Source: Candidatus Aenigmatarchaeota archaeon
Lineage (GTDB): Archaea > Aenigmatarchaeota > Aenigmatarchaeia > QMZP01 > QMZT01
Reading direction: 5' to 3'
DNA length: 64,000 nucleotides
Assembly: GCA_041489155.1 (NCBI GenBank)
Contig: JBGPQP010000001.1
Location: 25,431 to 89,430 of the forward strand
In this document: positions 1 to 9,122 of the stretch, piece by piece
Layout: the number at the start of each line of letters is the position of its first letter
Numbering within the stretch: the stretch's first letter is position 1
Made by a program: the position numbers and the translations under genes
Notes under the pieces: model-generated
What the model was told of the DNA's origin: nothing
The model's input: the letters and a program-made list of their open reading frames with translations, nothing else
Databases searched by the model: none

Positions 1-404
1 CTTACGGTGTTGTAAAAAACATGCCAGTATATCCACCACATGAACATGACCAGCCTATTGCCTTCAAAAGTGTGCCTAACGATTGGTTCAATTTCCATTT
101 TGAAAGTGCCCTCGTTTTTGGCTTTCGATTTGAAGCCGACCATCTTAACGCTCAACAATATCTTTGAAAACCTGCCGCTTGTCCTCGTGTGCTGGGCGAT
201 CCTCCAGTAGTACATCTGTATCGGGTCGCCGGTCCAGTCCCACATCCACCTTGGCTCGCCGGTGCCTGTCGTCGTCACTTCCCAGACCGAACGCAGAATC
301 GAAGTAGCTTCCCTTGTCCAAGCCAGCGGGTCAGGACCTGAGTAGTCTATCCATCTGTTCCTCCTGGGAGCGAAGCAGTCATCTTCTATAACGAATTTGC
401 CCAT
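1..404 (-). CDS. hypothetical protein, C-terminus truncated by the window edge
   Basis: Translating the reverse complement from the ATG at 404..402 gives MGKFVIEDDCFAPRRNRWIDYSGPDPLAWTREATSILRSVWEVTTTGTGEPRW... with no stop before position 1. Composition is protein-like. It sits 17 nt downstream of the stop of the 421..939 minus-strand ORF. No recognisable motif. Confidence 0.4.
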   Translation of the reverse strand, partial: MGKFVIEDDCFAPRRNRWIDYSGPDPLAWTREATSILRSVWEVTTTGTGEPRWMWDWTGDPIQMYYWRIAQHTRTSGRFSKILLSVKMVGFKSKAKNEGTFKMEIEPIVRHTFEGNRLVMFMWWIYWHVFYNTV

Positions 405-420
405 TGAATACCACCAGGAA

Positions 421-939
421 CTACCCACTCTCTTCCCTAAGCTGCCTCAGAAATTCGTGAATGTTCCTAGTAAATATGGTGCACATGTTCCTGCAGTCTT
501 CGGCGTATTCCTCCCTCTTCCTGTAGTAGAAGGACCTGTGCCAGAAAACTCTGAGCATCTCGTAGAACAGCGAGCGCTGCCATATGGTATCCTGCGGGTA
601 TTCCGTCCTCATCACAGGCTTCAGCCTTATCTCTGCGTTGCCTGTTTTTTCGTCGCCATAGCCTGTGACGTCGACCCTCAGGAAAAGATATGTGTAAACA
701 TCAAGGTCCTTGTGCACATACCAGCGCACCTTGAACTTCTCCTTTTCGCCTTTGCCCCAGCTGAACTTCTCTTCCTGAACGTCGGAATCAGCTGCCCTGA
801 AAACCGCCTTCATGAGCTCGTAAAGCTTGTAGTAAAGTTTCATCGGGTTCGGGCCTACGTAATTTATGTTTATTCTCTCGGGTCTCTCTCTGTAACAATC
901 TTCTTGTATAAGCAATTTCGTTCTCGCAAACTGCGGCAT
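421..939 (-). CDS. hypothetical protein (172 aa)
   Basis: Minus-strand ORF with balanced, charged composition (…VDVTGYGDEKTGNAEIRLKPVMRTEYPQDTIW…). The overlapping plus-strand ORF 397..978 is L/P/V-rich and looks like an antisense artefact. No family assignment possible by eye. Confidence 0.5.
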   Translation of the reverse strand: MPQFARTKLLIQEDCYRERPERININYVGPNPMKLYYKLYELMKAVFRAADSDVQEEKFSWGKGEKEKFKVRWYVHKDLDVYTYLFLRVDVTGYGDEKTGNAEIRLKPVMRTEYPQDTIWQRSLFYEMLRVFWHRSFYYRKREEYAEDCRNMCTIFTRNIHEFLRQLREESG

Positions 940-1001
940 ATTAACACCTATTTATATTTTCCACAAACAAAATTATAAATTGATATGCCCGGCCACGGAC
1001 G

Positions 1002-1208
1002 GTGTTTTTTATGATATGGTGGCTTGCCGCGAAAATAATCGGAGTGGCGATGGTTGCGGTAGGCGTTTTTCTGGTCGTCTTTTTTCCCGGCATACCAGGC
1101 CATCAAGAAGTAGGGATGAGAGGAGGGCAAAGCAAATTCGGTCTGGCTGGAATAGTGATAGGCTTGGTGCTGGCGATAGTCGGCGGTTTCATAATTTTCA
1201 GCCCGTGA
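1002..1208 (+). CDS. small two-helix membrane protein (68 aa)
   Basis: Two hydrophobic helices (WWLAAKIIGVAMVAVGVFLVVFF… and GLAGIVIGLVLAIVGGFIIF). Overlaps the alternative frame ORF 980..1246, so the coding assignment is uncertain. Confidence 0.3.
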   Translation: MFFMIWWLAAKIIGVAMVAVGVFLVVFFPGIPGHQEVGMRGGQSKFGLAGIVIGLVLAIVGGFIIFSP

Positions 1209-1251
1209 GGCACAAAGAAACTTTTATCTCTTTCTATCCCAATTAATTATT

Positions 1252-2958
1252 ATGGCAGATCTGGAGAAGCCTCTGCAGAGGATGAGCATAGAAGAGAAGA
1301 AGCAGCTGATAGAGGAGAAGAAGAAGGCAAAATATGAAAGTCTGATAGCATACTGGAAAAAAGAGCTCAAAGGCTATGACATGGCCCTTGATTATTTTCT
1401 CGACAAGGCAAGGGCTACAGCCGGGATATACGGAGATGTGTGCATAAATCCGGCGCTTATCGACCAGATAGTAAGTCTCAATCCCGTCACGCTCGAAGGC
1501 CAGGCCGAAATAATCTATAATATTTTCATTTACAGGACGGCCAAGTGGCATTACCACGTCGAAAAGGCAGACGAATATCTCAGGGTCACGCCAACCGCTC
1601 CGCCTGCATTCGCTCCGTTGATGGCGCAGAAGGAGAGGCTGGAAGGCCATATAAAGGCCGGCCTCGCCTCAGCCGCGCAGGCCGTCGCAGACTACGAGCT
1701 TCTCAAGCATGACGAAAGGAAGTACAGGGAAATTCTCGACTATTTCGATCTGGGCAAGAAAGACGAGCATGTGCTCCGCGCACTATTCGTCGACAGGGTC
1801 GACGCCTTTGTCGGGGAAGGCTACTCGATGGTCACCATGACGAGGCGCTGGCCTACCATCATAGGCGATTTTCTGAAGATGAAGAGCGAGTGGACGGACA
1901 CCAAAATCATAAGGGAGAAGCTAAGCGTCACCAATGTTGAAGCAAACGTGCTTAAAACGAAGAACGAGCTCTTCAAGGAATGGAAAAAGCTTTTCTTCCC
2001 GGACGTGAGAGAGCGTTATGGCAGGATAAAAAACCTGCTGGACTCGAGGAAAAGGTCCGTCGACGAATACAGGGAATGGCTCAAACCGTATCTCAACAAG
2101 CTCAAGACCATAAAGGAAGAGGCGGAAATAAAGGATGCAGCTTCCGAACTCACGGAAATAACCAAGCTTTCCTTCACCCCGCAGGGCGAGGTCAATGCGA
2201 AACTCTGGTTCTGGAAACCCATAAGGCCGGAGGAAATGGGGAAACCGCTGGTGATACAGGGGTGGGGCGAGATACCGACTTTCGACGACTGGGTGAAGGA
2301 ACATCTGCCGGCGCTCGAAGCGAAGTATGAAGTCACAATGTCCGAGGAGGAGATAAGGAAGTTCCTTGACAAGTGCATAAGAGGCCACTACCGGGGCATG
2401 AAAAGGCCCGAGTTGCACATGATATACCCTGCTCCGTCGATTGACCCGAGATTCTTATATTATTTTTTCATCGATCTTGACTATGTCTGCCAGTACAAGA
2501 AAGGTTCCACTGGCCCGATGGTGGTTGAGGATCAGTACTGGCACTTCCACCCGTTTTTGATTTCAAAAAATTTCCTTCTTTTCGCCCTGCTCGAGCTCGA
2601 ATACAAAAAGAAAAAATTCGCAGAGGATATAGAAAGGCTGATAGGCGTGAAGAAGATAGAAGACGAATACATGGAAGAGGCCAAGAAGAAGTGGCCTGGG
2701 CAGGATAAACGCAAGAAGCAGAGGAAGAATTTTTCAGAAACATGGAACGAATCAAAGGTCAGGTGGATAGCAAGGAGGAGGAAGGTAAAGAAAGCGCTTA
2801 AGCCGATACTCAAATTCTTCATAAAGCCCGGCCCCTACGAGATCAACGCTGCTGAAAGGATTTCGAAAACCTACGGCCTGTATTCGGGAGCGCAGGTAGA
2901 GGAGCTCAGGGATCTCATAAAGGAAACTAGTTATAGGATAAGTGGCCAGAGACCGTGA
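1252..2958 (+). CDS. large uncharacterised protein (568 aa), first gene of a two-gene operon
   Basis: Long ORF with protein-like, K/E/W/Y-rich composition and no recognisable catalytic motif. Its stop overlaps the start of the next gene by 17 nt, implying co-translation. Confidence 0.6.
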   Translation: MADLEKPLQRMSIEEKKQLIEEKKKAKYESLIAYWKKELKGYDMALDYFLDKARATAGIYGDVCINPALIDQIVSLNPVTLEGQAEIIYNIFIYRTAKWHYHVEKADEYLRVTPTAPPAFAPLMAQKERLEGHIKAGLASAAQAVADYELLKHDERKYREILDYFDLGKKDEHVLRALFVDRVDAFVGEGYSMVTMTRRWPTIIGDFLKMKSEWTDTKIIREKLSVTNVEANVLKTKNELFKEWKKLFFPDVRERYGRIKNLLDSRKRSVDEYREWLKPYLNKLKTIKEEAEIKDAASELTEITKLSFTPQGEVNAKLWFWKPIRPEEMGKPLVIQGWGEIPTFDDWVKEHLPALEAKYEVTMSEEEIRKFLDKCIRGHYRGMKRPELHMIYPAPSIDPRFLYYFFIDLDYVCQYKKGSTGPMVVEDQYWHFHPFLISKNFLLFALLELEYKKKKFAEDIERLIGVKKIEDEYMEEAKKKWPGQDKRKKQRKNFSETWNESKVRWIARRRKVKKALKPILKFFIKPGPYEINAAERISKTYGLYSGAQVEELRDLIKETSYRISGQRP

Positions 2959-4768
2959 AACTATGATAAGGGTCGGAGTCACGACGGGTCTGTATTACAT
3001 CGCAAGGGCTGAGGAGCTCGCTACGTCGCTTAAGAAAATAGGCTATGCCCTCTCGAAAGGTTCAAACTCCATCGAAATCTCCGGCGATACGCCGCATGAA
3101 ATAGACTACACACTGGGCAAGGAGATACGCGCCCTCGCTGAAAAACAGGGCATCCACCTGTGTTTCCACGGCTCGCTGACGACGCCTTTCGAAATCCCCG
3201 AGCGCACGGACTGGAGGGACGCGCAGGACCACGTGTGCAAATCCATACGCTCCGCGGTTTTTTCGGGATGCAAATACGTCCTCTTCCATGCATGCCTGCA
3301 TTTCTGGCTCGAGATGATAACTTACACGTCGTCGAAGCTTGAGATAGTCATGTGCGACCATCACGGCAGGTTCATTTCAGAGGTATTCTTCGAGAACAAA
3401 AAAATGAGGGACTGGTTCGCAGTGAAGATGTGGCAATACGAAAGGCAATATCCCCAGCAGATACTGAGCGAAGAGGAATTGCAGGAAGCGAGCGGGAGGG
3501 TCGGAACGGAAATACGTATATGGGAAACCGAGGAAAACAGGAGAAGGCTTTCCGAGCGCCTGAAAAAGTACCCGATAATAATGACGCCCTACGGGCCAGA
3601 ACAGGACATAAAACCCGAGGAACGCAAACGCATAGAGAACGAGGTGGTAAGGGATGTCAGCATGGAAGGAGGCAAGATGTACTCGGAAAAGTACAGGAAG
3701 TACATGGGCGAGATGGTGAGGGAAAGGATGCAGAGGGACCCGATCGGTAACAGGAGATGGAGGGTCGACAACTGGGGCAAGCTGACTGACGCATACGATA
3801 TAATGGCGCATTTCATGTTCTACAACAGAGATCCCATCTGGATCGCGATGGCTGAAATATACAAGGACGTGCTCGCTTCCTACAAGATGGACTACAGCGA
3901 CGACTGGTGGGTCGACAGGGCATGGAGGCGCGCACAGGATCTGAACGACAGGGATTTCAAACAGTTCTGGTATGCCGCGATAGGGGCGAAGTTCCTTGAG
4001 GGCCACATGAGGGATGCGATGGATTTCCTGAACAGAAGGTTGATAGACGAAATTAAAAGTTCCCCGTTCCCTCCTGAGGACATCAAAAAACTGATTGACA
4101 TAACCAAAAACCTGAAGATAACGATAGAGATGCCCGACGCGAGGGAGCCTAGATACGCCGGCCTGTACATTCTCTGGCATCCGAAACAGATTTACACGGC
4201 AATAAAGACCATAAGGAAGACGATCGGGACCGACAGGCTTTTCATGACCGTCGACTGGGAGCACATCGCAGGGCACGGCGTCGATCCTTTGATTGAGAAG
4301 GACTACCTGAAGAAGCTTGCTCCGGACTTTGGCAAATTCGTGCTTTCGGTCCATTCCAACGCGCCAAATCCGCTGCACGCGCATTATCCGATAGAGCTTG
4401 GCGACATGGAAATTTACAGGCTCAACTGGTTCTTGCGCGAAACGGGTTTCGGCAAGCAGAATTTCGACGTTTACCTCTGGTTCGAGCGCGGAGGCGGCGA
4501 CGACCCTTTCAAGCAGTCGGTCGATACGCTGAAACTCTGCGCGAAATTCCTGGAGAAAGACGTCCCTCCAGACCATCTGCCCGAGGAATATTTCGGCATA
4601 AAGATGACGGGCATGGATTACTGGAGGCAGGAACAGATAATGAGGGACCACAGGTTCGAGCCGCTGAAAGACCTCATGGAAGTGCCTGAAGAAGAATGGG
4701 GCCTGCTGTCGAGCTCGGCGACAAAGAAAGGCAAGGCAAAGGAATTCAAGAAAGCCGAAATGAGGTAG
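2942..4768 (+). CDS. xylose-isomerase-like TIM-barrel protein (sugar-phosphate isomerase/epimerase or AP-endonuclease-2-like) with a large internal insertion
   Basis: The N-terminus MIRVGVTTGLYY…AEELATSLKKIGYALSKGSNSIEISGDTPHE…GIHLCFHGSL matches the start of xylose-isomerase-like barrels (hydrophobic beta1, E-I/L-S/W-G-D-H-PHE, then an H-A-P/H-G beta3). The C-terminus …LFMTVDWEHIAGHGVDPLIEKDYL…FVLSVHSNAPNPLHAHYPIELGDMEI…FDVYLWFERGG matches the metal-binding D-x-x-H, H-x-H and E segments. Residues ~130-410 form a charged insertion with no counterpart in canonical members. Inference from pattern only. Confidence 0.55.
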   Translation: MARDRETMIRVGVTTGLYYIARAEELATSLKKIGYALSKGSNSIEISGDTPHEIDYTLGKEIRALAEKQGIHLCFHGSLTTPFEIPERTDWRDAQDHVCKSIRSAVFSGCKYVLFHACLHFWLEMITYTSSKLEIVMCDHHGRFISEVFFENKKMRDWFAVKMWQYERQYPQQILSEEELQEASGRVGTEIRIWETEENRRRLSERLKKYPIIMTPYGPEQDIKPEERKRIENEVVRDVSMEGGKMYSEKYRKYMGEMVRERMQRDPIGNRRWRVDNWGKLTDAYDIMAHFMFYNRDPIWIAMAEIYKDVLASYKMDYSDDWWVDRAWRRAQDLNDRDFKQFWYAAIGAKFLEGHMRDAMDFLNRRLIDEIKSSPFPPEDIKKLIDITKNLKITIEMPDAREPRYAGLYILWHPKQIYTAIKTIRKTIGTDRLFMTVDWEHIAGHGVDPLIEKDYLKKLAPDFGKFVLSVHSNAPNPLHAHYPIELGDMEIYRLNWFLRETGFGKQNFDVYLWFERGGGDDPFKQSVDTLKLCAKFLEKDVPPDHLPEEYFGIKMTGMDYWRQEQIMRDHRFEPLKDLMEVPEEEWGLLSSSATKKGKAKEFKKAEMR

Positions 4769-4853
4769 AGGCGCTGCTAATTTTGAAAATTAGACACAAA
4801 ACCAATGGAAGTAAATAAAAAGATGGAAAAAACGAAAATCGAGGTTCTCGGCT

Positions 4854-5660
4854 TTATTCGGCCGCGCACTCGACCCATGTGCTGTTGAAGAAGGGTTCGA
4901 CAAAGCTCTTTATCGCATGCTGAGACTGCGCCCAGAATGCAATATCTTGCGTCTGGTGGACCTTGGTGTCGTCGGTAAGGGCGAAGACCACATGCTTGTC
5001 GTCGATGGTGTATATCCTGTTCAGCGGTTTCTTTACGTGCTTCATCTCGGCGATTTCCGAGAAAGCCTTTACCGGAACAGTCTCGCTCATGGGTGCAAGT
5101 ATCCTGAGTTTGATGCCTCTCTTGGTGATTCTCTTGAGCGAATTGTAGTGGCTAGAATACAGCTCGTTGAGGCCGCTTTCCGTGGTTATTATCCTTATCT
5201 CCTTCGTTGCCTTCTTGAAAAGCGAGCCAAGGTGCTGGTTTATGGAATGCCTTCCCTTGAGAGTCCCTGTCATTTCGAACGGCTGGACCAGATTCATTCC
5301 CTGTTTGTATATCGCCTCAAGCTCGTTTATGACCGGAGAAGTTTTCATGGTCTCGATTCTCTCAACCATTTCGTCATGCTTTATCTTGAGATTCTCCTTT
5401 GTCCTCTCCAGAGCGTCTCTCGGGGCAAGAGCGACGTATTTTATCGGTTTTGACGGCTGCACGACAACGAAGCCCTTTTCGGCTAAGGATTCTAGAATGT
5501 CGTAGGACCTCGATCTCGGCACGTTCGCTATCTGTGAAAGCTCTCCTGCACTCGCTACTCCTCTTGCTAGCAAAGCCACGAAGATTTTCCTCTCATACAG
5601 GTTCAAACCAATGCTCTTCAGCGCATCCAGGGTTTTTATTGTTGCTACCATTTTTTTCAC
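4854..5660 (-). CDS. TrmB-family transcriptional regulator
   Basis: N-terminal winged HTH (LYERKIFVALLARGVASAGELSQIANVPRSRSYDILESLAEKGFVV) followed by a ~170 aa C-terminal TrmB-type domain; typical length. Confidence 0.8.
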   Translation of the reverse strand: MKKMVATIKTLDALKSIGLNLYERKIFVALLARGVASAGELSQIANVPRSRSYDILESLAEKGFVVVQPSKPIKYVALAPRDALERTKENLKIKHDEMVERIETMKTSPVINELEAIYKQGMNLVQPFEMTGTLKGRHSINQHLGSLFKKATKEIRIITTESGLNELYSSHYNSLKRITKRGIKLRILAPMSETVPVKAFSEIAEMKHVKKPLNRIYTIDDKHVVFALTDDTKVHQTQDIAFWAQSQHAIKSFVEPFFNSTWVECAAE

Positions 5661-5798
5661 CTAACTGATAGTTAATTATGCCTTTTTGTTTATATAAACA
5701 TTTTCTTATACTTTTAATTGAGGCGAAAGCTTTATATATGTTTATTACTTCTCAGTGAATATATTTAAAAGGCATTTGTTCCATAAATTTCGCTATAT

Positions 5799-7517
5799 TC
5801 AGGTTTTCCTGCCCCTCTGCTGGCGGTAAAGGCCTTCTATGCGCTTCGCGTCATCCGCGTCCTCGGCCGCCTTCTCGACCCTTATCCTCAGAAGCCGCGG
5901 GAAGCGCAAGGCAAAGCCCGAAGAATACGTGGGCGACTTCTGTATCTCTTCGTAGGCGACTTCTACGACGATTTTCGGCCTTACCTTGATCTCGTTCCCC
6001 TTCTCGGAAATTATGTAAGGCTTCAGCTGTTTTGTGATCTCATCGAAGGTTATGTCGCCTTCATCCGTCTTCTTCTCCTTTATGCCGGTCCCCATCATGC
6101 CGCATTCGGCGAAGCCGTCGCCTTTTCTGCATGAAAGTATGAATGTCCCGAACCAGCTCGTTCTCTTGCCGGTCCCCCACTCCGCGCCGGTTATCACAAG
6201 GTCGAGCGTCTCCATTATCGGCTTTACCTTGAGCCAGTAGCCGACCCTGCGACCCGGTTGGTAGGATGCGTCGAGGTTCTTGACCATAACGCCTTCCTGC
6301 TTCGCTTTCAGCGCGCGCTCATAGAACTTTTCAGCTTCTTTCAGGTCCTTAGTCGCGAGTTTCTCGGCAAGCTGGAACTTGCCGGGTATTGACTTTATCA
6401 CGCCTTCCAGGAGTTTCCTGCGTTTTTCCAGCGGCTCGTCAAAAAGATCTCTGCCATCAAGATAAACGATATCAAAAAGATTCACTTGTACCGGGATTTC
6501 TTTGGCCATCTGCTCTATATGGTATTTCCTTTTTATCCGCTGTGAAAGTATCTGGAAAGGCAGTGGGTCGCCGCTCCTCGGGTTCGTGCCGAGCATCTCG
6601 CCCTCGATTATGCACTCTCTCGCTTTGATGCCCTTTCTGGCGAGATCGAGCAGATCGGGGAACTGCTTTGTCACGTTTTCCAGTCTTCGCGTATAAAACC
6701 AGAATTGGTCGCCTTTCTTATGCATGCAAACACGTGCGCCGTCGTATTTGAATTCGACAAGCGGGCGTTCAAAGGTCTCAAGCGCTTCCCTGAGGTCCTT
6801 CGCTTTTTCAGCGAGCAGGACCTGGTAAGGCTTTCCAATCTCGACAGTCACATTCTCCAGGCCGCGAAGGCCGCGTTCCTTGGCGATTTGAGCGATTTCA
6901 GCGTAATCTGGCCGCAGAAACCATGCCCATTCGATGGCGCTGATAATTTTCTTCTTCTCCTCCGGGTCTTTCACATCGAAGAAAGCAGAAGCGATCGAAT
7001 CGCGCAGCACGCCTTCCGCAACGCCGACCCTGAGCTGTTCAAGGACAGTTCGCACGATATACTTCGCTTCCTTCGGTTTCGCAAATGATATAAGCTCCTT
7101 GACAAGCGATATTTTCGATTCCTGCGATCCCTTGCCCCCAATGGACGCGAGCTTCCGCAGGTTCTCGAAAACTTTGCCGACTTCAAGTTCCCTTGCCACG
7201 AGGCTTCTCTGTTTTTTCGATGCCATCAGCTTCTCGACTGCAAAGCCTAAATCTCCCGTCCTGTTGAATTCGCTGACCACGTCTTTTTCGGCAAAGCCCG
7301 TCGCCGATGTTATCACCTTTATCATCACCTTGTCGGCGACACCCATCTCTTTTTCAGAGTAACTTGGAAAAACCTTTCCCTGGATAAGCAGCGTTATCTT
7401 GTCAAGCGAATCCGAATCTGCGGCTTTCAGGAAAGTGGCGATGCCCTCGATTTTTTTCAGGCGCGACGACGTCTGTTCGAGATAATCGTAAAGCTCAACG
7501 AGCTTGGAATATTTCAT
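5799..7517 (-). CDS. lig: ATP-dependent DNA ligase
   Basis: Adenylation motif I KYDGARV (…LVEFKYDGARVCMHKKGD…) and downstream ligase motifs (EGEMLG, LFDIVYLDG, EGVMVK…WLKVK); 572 aa is typical of archaeal LigA/Lig1-type enzymes. Confidence 0.9.
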   Translation of the reverse strand: MKYSKLVELYDYLEQTSSRLKKIEGIATFLKAADSDSLDKITLLIQGKVFPSYSEKEMGVADKVMIKVITSATGFAEKDVVSEFNRTGDLGFAVEKLMASKKQRSLVARELEVGKVFENLRKLASIGGKGSQESKISLVKELISFAKPKEAKYIVRTVLEQLRVGVAEGVLRDSIASAFFDVKDPEEKKKIISAIEWAWFLRPDYAEIAQIAKERGLRGLENVTVEIGKPYQVLLAEKAKDLREALETFERPLVEFKYDGARVCMHKKGDQFWFYTRRLENVTKQFPDLLDLARKGIKARECIIEGEMLGTNPRSGDPLPFQILSQRIKRKYHIEQMAKEIPVQVNLFDIVYLDGRDLFDEPLEKRRKLLEGVIKSIPGKFQLAEKLATKDLKEAEKFYERALKAKQEGVMVKNLDASYQPGRRVGYWLKVKPIMETLDLVITGAEWGTGKRTSWFGTFILSCRKGDGFAECGMMGTGIKEKKTDEGDITFDEITKQLKPYIISEKGNEIKVRPKIVVEVAYEEIQKSPTYSSGFALRFPRLLRIRVEKAAEDADDAKRIEGLYRQQRGRKT

Positions 7518-7627
7518 GATAAAATATTGTCTTCCCGATTTTAATTAAAACATCGCTATTTCTTGGGTCAGTATCTATTTAAAAAAATTGTCACGAACAG
7601 TTATTATTAACTTTCAGAGGTGATGAA

Positions 7628-7888
7628 GTGTCAAAAAGCACTAGCTATTTGAGGATAAATGCCCAGTCTATACCCAAATTCCAGTTGCCTTGGCATAATT
7701 ATGGGAACGATATGTTTAAGCCAGAATACTCGGAAAAAAAACTTTTGGAACTTTTAAAAGAAGCCAATCCCGATGTTAATATTAAAAAATTGAAATTAGG
7801 TTCAGATAATAAAGGAACTTTTGTGGAAGTGGTTTATAAAGGACAAACGATACAGGTCCCGGAAAATTTAAAGAAATGTTTCGAATGA
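7628..7888 (+). CDS. small hypothetical protein (86 aa)
   Basis: ORF in a markedly AT-richer stretch (about 7520-7930) directly upstream of the pilin-like glycoprotein gene; no motif. Confidence 0.3.
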   Translation: MSKSTSYLRINAQSIPKFQLPWHNYGNDMFKPEYSEKKLLELLKEANPDVNIKKLKLGSDNKGTFVEVVYKGQTIQVPENLKKCFE

Positions 7889-7928
7889 AATAAAACTCCA
7901 ATTTAATTAAACTCCTCATATTATTTAT

Positions 7929-9122
7929 ATGAGGGGGCAGTTTTATTCTATCATAGCGATATTTGTCACCATACCTATCGTCTTCTTCATATCGCTCTAC
8001 GTCGCCTCGCAAGGAGGCGAGAGCGGCGTCTACGAGAAAATAGTCTCCGACCAGATACATCAGGTGGAGAGGAGCGTGGAAAACGACTTCGGCAAAGCAA
8101 TCGTTACTTCGGGGAAGAGGGCGATGATAGCTGGGGACGATTACGTCGTGATGAACGGCCAGCCCATGAGCAATGCTGTGAGCGGCATGAAAGAGCTTAT
8201 GGAGAACGGGACGATCTACGGCAATGAAAGCATGCTCATGGTAAACAACACTATATCAAACTGGATCGCGAAAATTATCGCGGTTGCCGTGAACTTCGAC
8301 GTCAACATAAGCTATTCTGGCCTACAGATTTCGGGCAATAACTCATTCAACCTGAAAGCGTCGGCAAACATAAACGTGTCCGTTGCCGACGACCTCGGAA
8401 TCGCGAGGGTGGACAGACTAAACCAGTATTACGAAGCCCTTGTTCCAATCGAGGGGGCGGAAGATCCTGTATTCTCTCTCAAGACGAACGGCGTAATAAC
8501 GAGGTCGATAAAGATATCGCCTTACCCCTACAGGGCGAAAAGGCTCGTCACTGGCGGCTTGAATTCGACCGGCAATTGCACCGGCAATGTCACTTTCAAC
8601 AAGACGGACTGCACTTCCAAGATACTTGTTGCGGAAAACATTTCTGGCATCAGTTTCGGCTGCTTTTCCGGCTTCATTATAGAGGAATCGGCCAACCTTA
8701 CCGCCAGTTCAGACTGTTTTGTGACCGGCAATTCCACTGCGTTCGAAAGCATGACGCAGGCCATTGCCAACACAGGATATGCAAGAATTTATCTCGATGG
8801 CAGCACGAAATCGGCGTGGCATCTTCCGATACGGGAAGAAATAGACAACAAATATTATTTCACGGGGAATGGACCGGATTTCCTAAAAAGGCTCGAAGGC
8901 GATTTGAACGCGACAACAGATGGCATTGAGACAATAGTGAATCTCCCGGAACTGGAAAGTTATGGAATTCCGATAGACGACAACGTCATCTCCGTGGATT
9001 ATATATATTTCGGGAACCAAGACTATATTGGGTATCCCGTTAGGGGTTTGCAGGGCTGGCTCAGGCTAAACAGGACTTTTGCTGACAGGTACGGCCTGAC
9101 AGAATTGTGCGAAGGATGTTGA
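7929..9122 (+). CDS. large secreted pilin-like glycoprotein with KGQ-type class III signal peptide
   Basis: The N-terminus MRGQFYSIIAIFVTIPIVFFISLYVAS has a basic residue, then Gly, then Gln(+1), then a hydrophobic helix; this is the EppA-type prepilin signature. More than 15 N-x-S/T sequons (NGT, NES, NNT, NIS, NNS, NVS, NST, NCT, NVT, NKT, NLT, NAT, NRT) indicate an N-glycosylated extracellular protein. 397 aa. Confidence 0.55.
   Translation: MRGQFYSIIAIFVTIPIVFFISLYVASQGGESGVYEKIVSDQIHQVERSVENDFGKAIVTSGKRAMIAGDDYVVMNGQPMSNAVSGMKELMENGTIYGNESMLMVNNTISNWIAKIIAVAVNFDVNISYSGLQISGNNSFNLKASANINVSVADDLGIARVDRLNQYYEALVPIEGAEDPVFSLKTNGVITRSIKISPYPYRAKRLVTGGLNSTGNCTGNVTFNKTDCTSKILVAENISGISFGCFSGFIIEESANLTASSDCFVTGNSTAFESMTQAIANTGYARIYLDGSTKSAWHLPIREEIDNKYYFTGNGPDFLKRLEGDLNATTDGIETIVNLPELESYGIPIDDNVISVDYIYFGNQDYIGYPVRGLQGWLRLNRTFADRYGLTELCEGC

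Noticed and set aside
3377-4651. 424 aa minus-strand ORF fully inside the 2942..4768 plus-strand gene
   Set aside because: Pro/His/Val/Leu-rich low-complexity translation with no motifs. It is the antisense frame of a plus-strand gene whose translation has protein-like composition and recognisable TIM-barrel segments.
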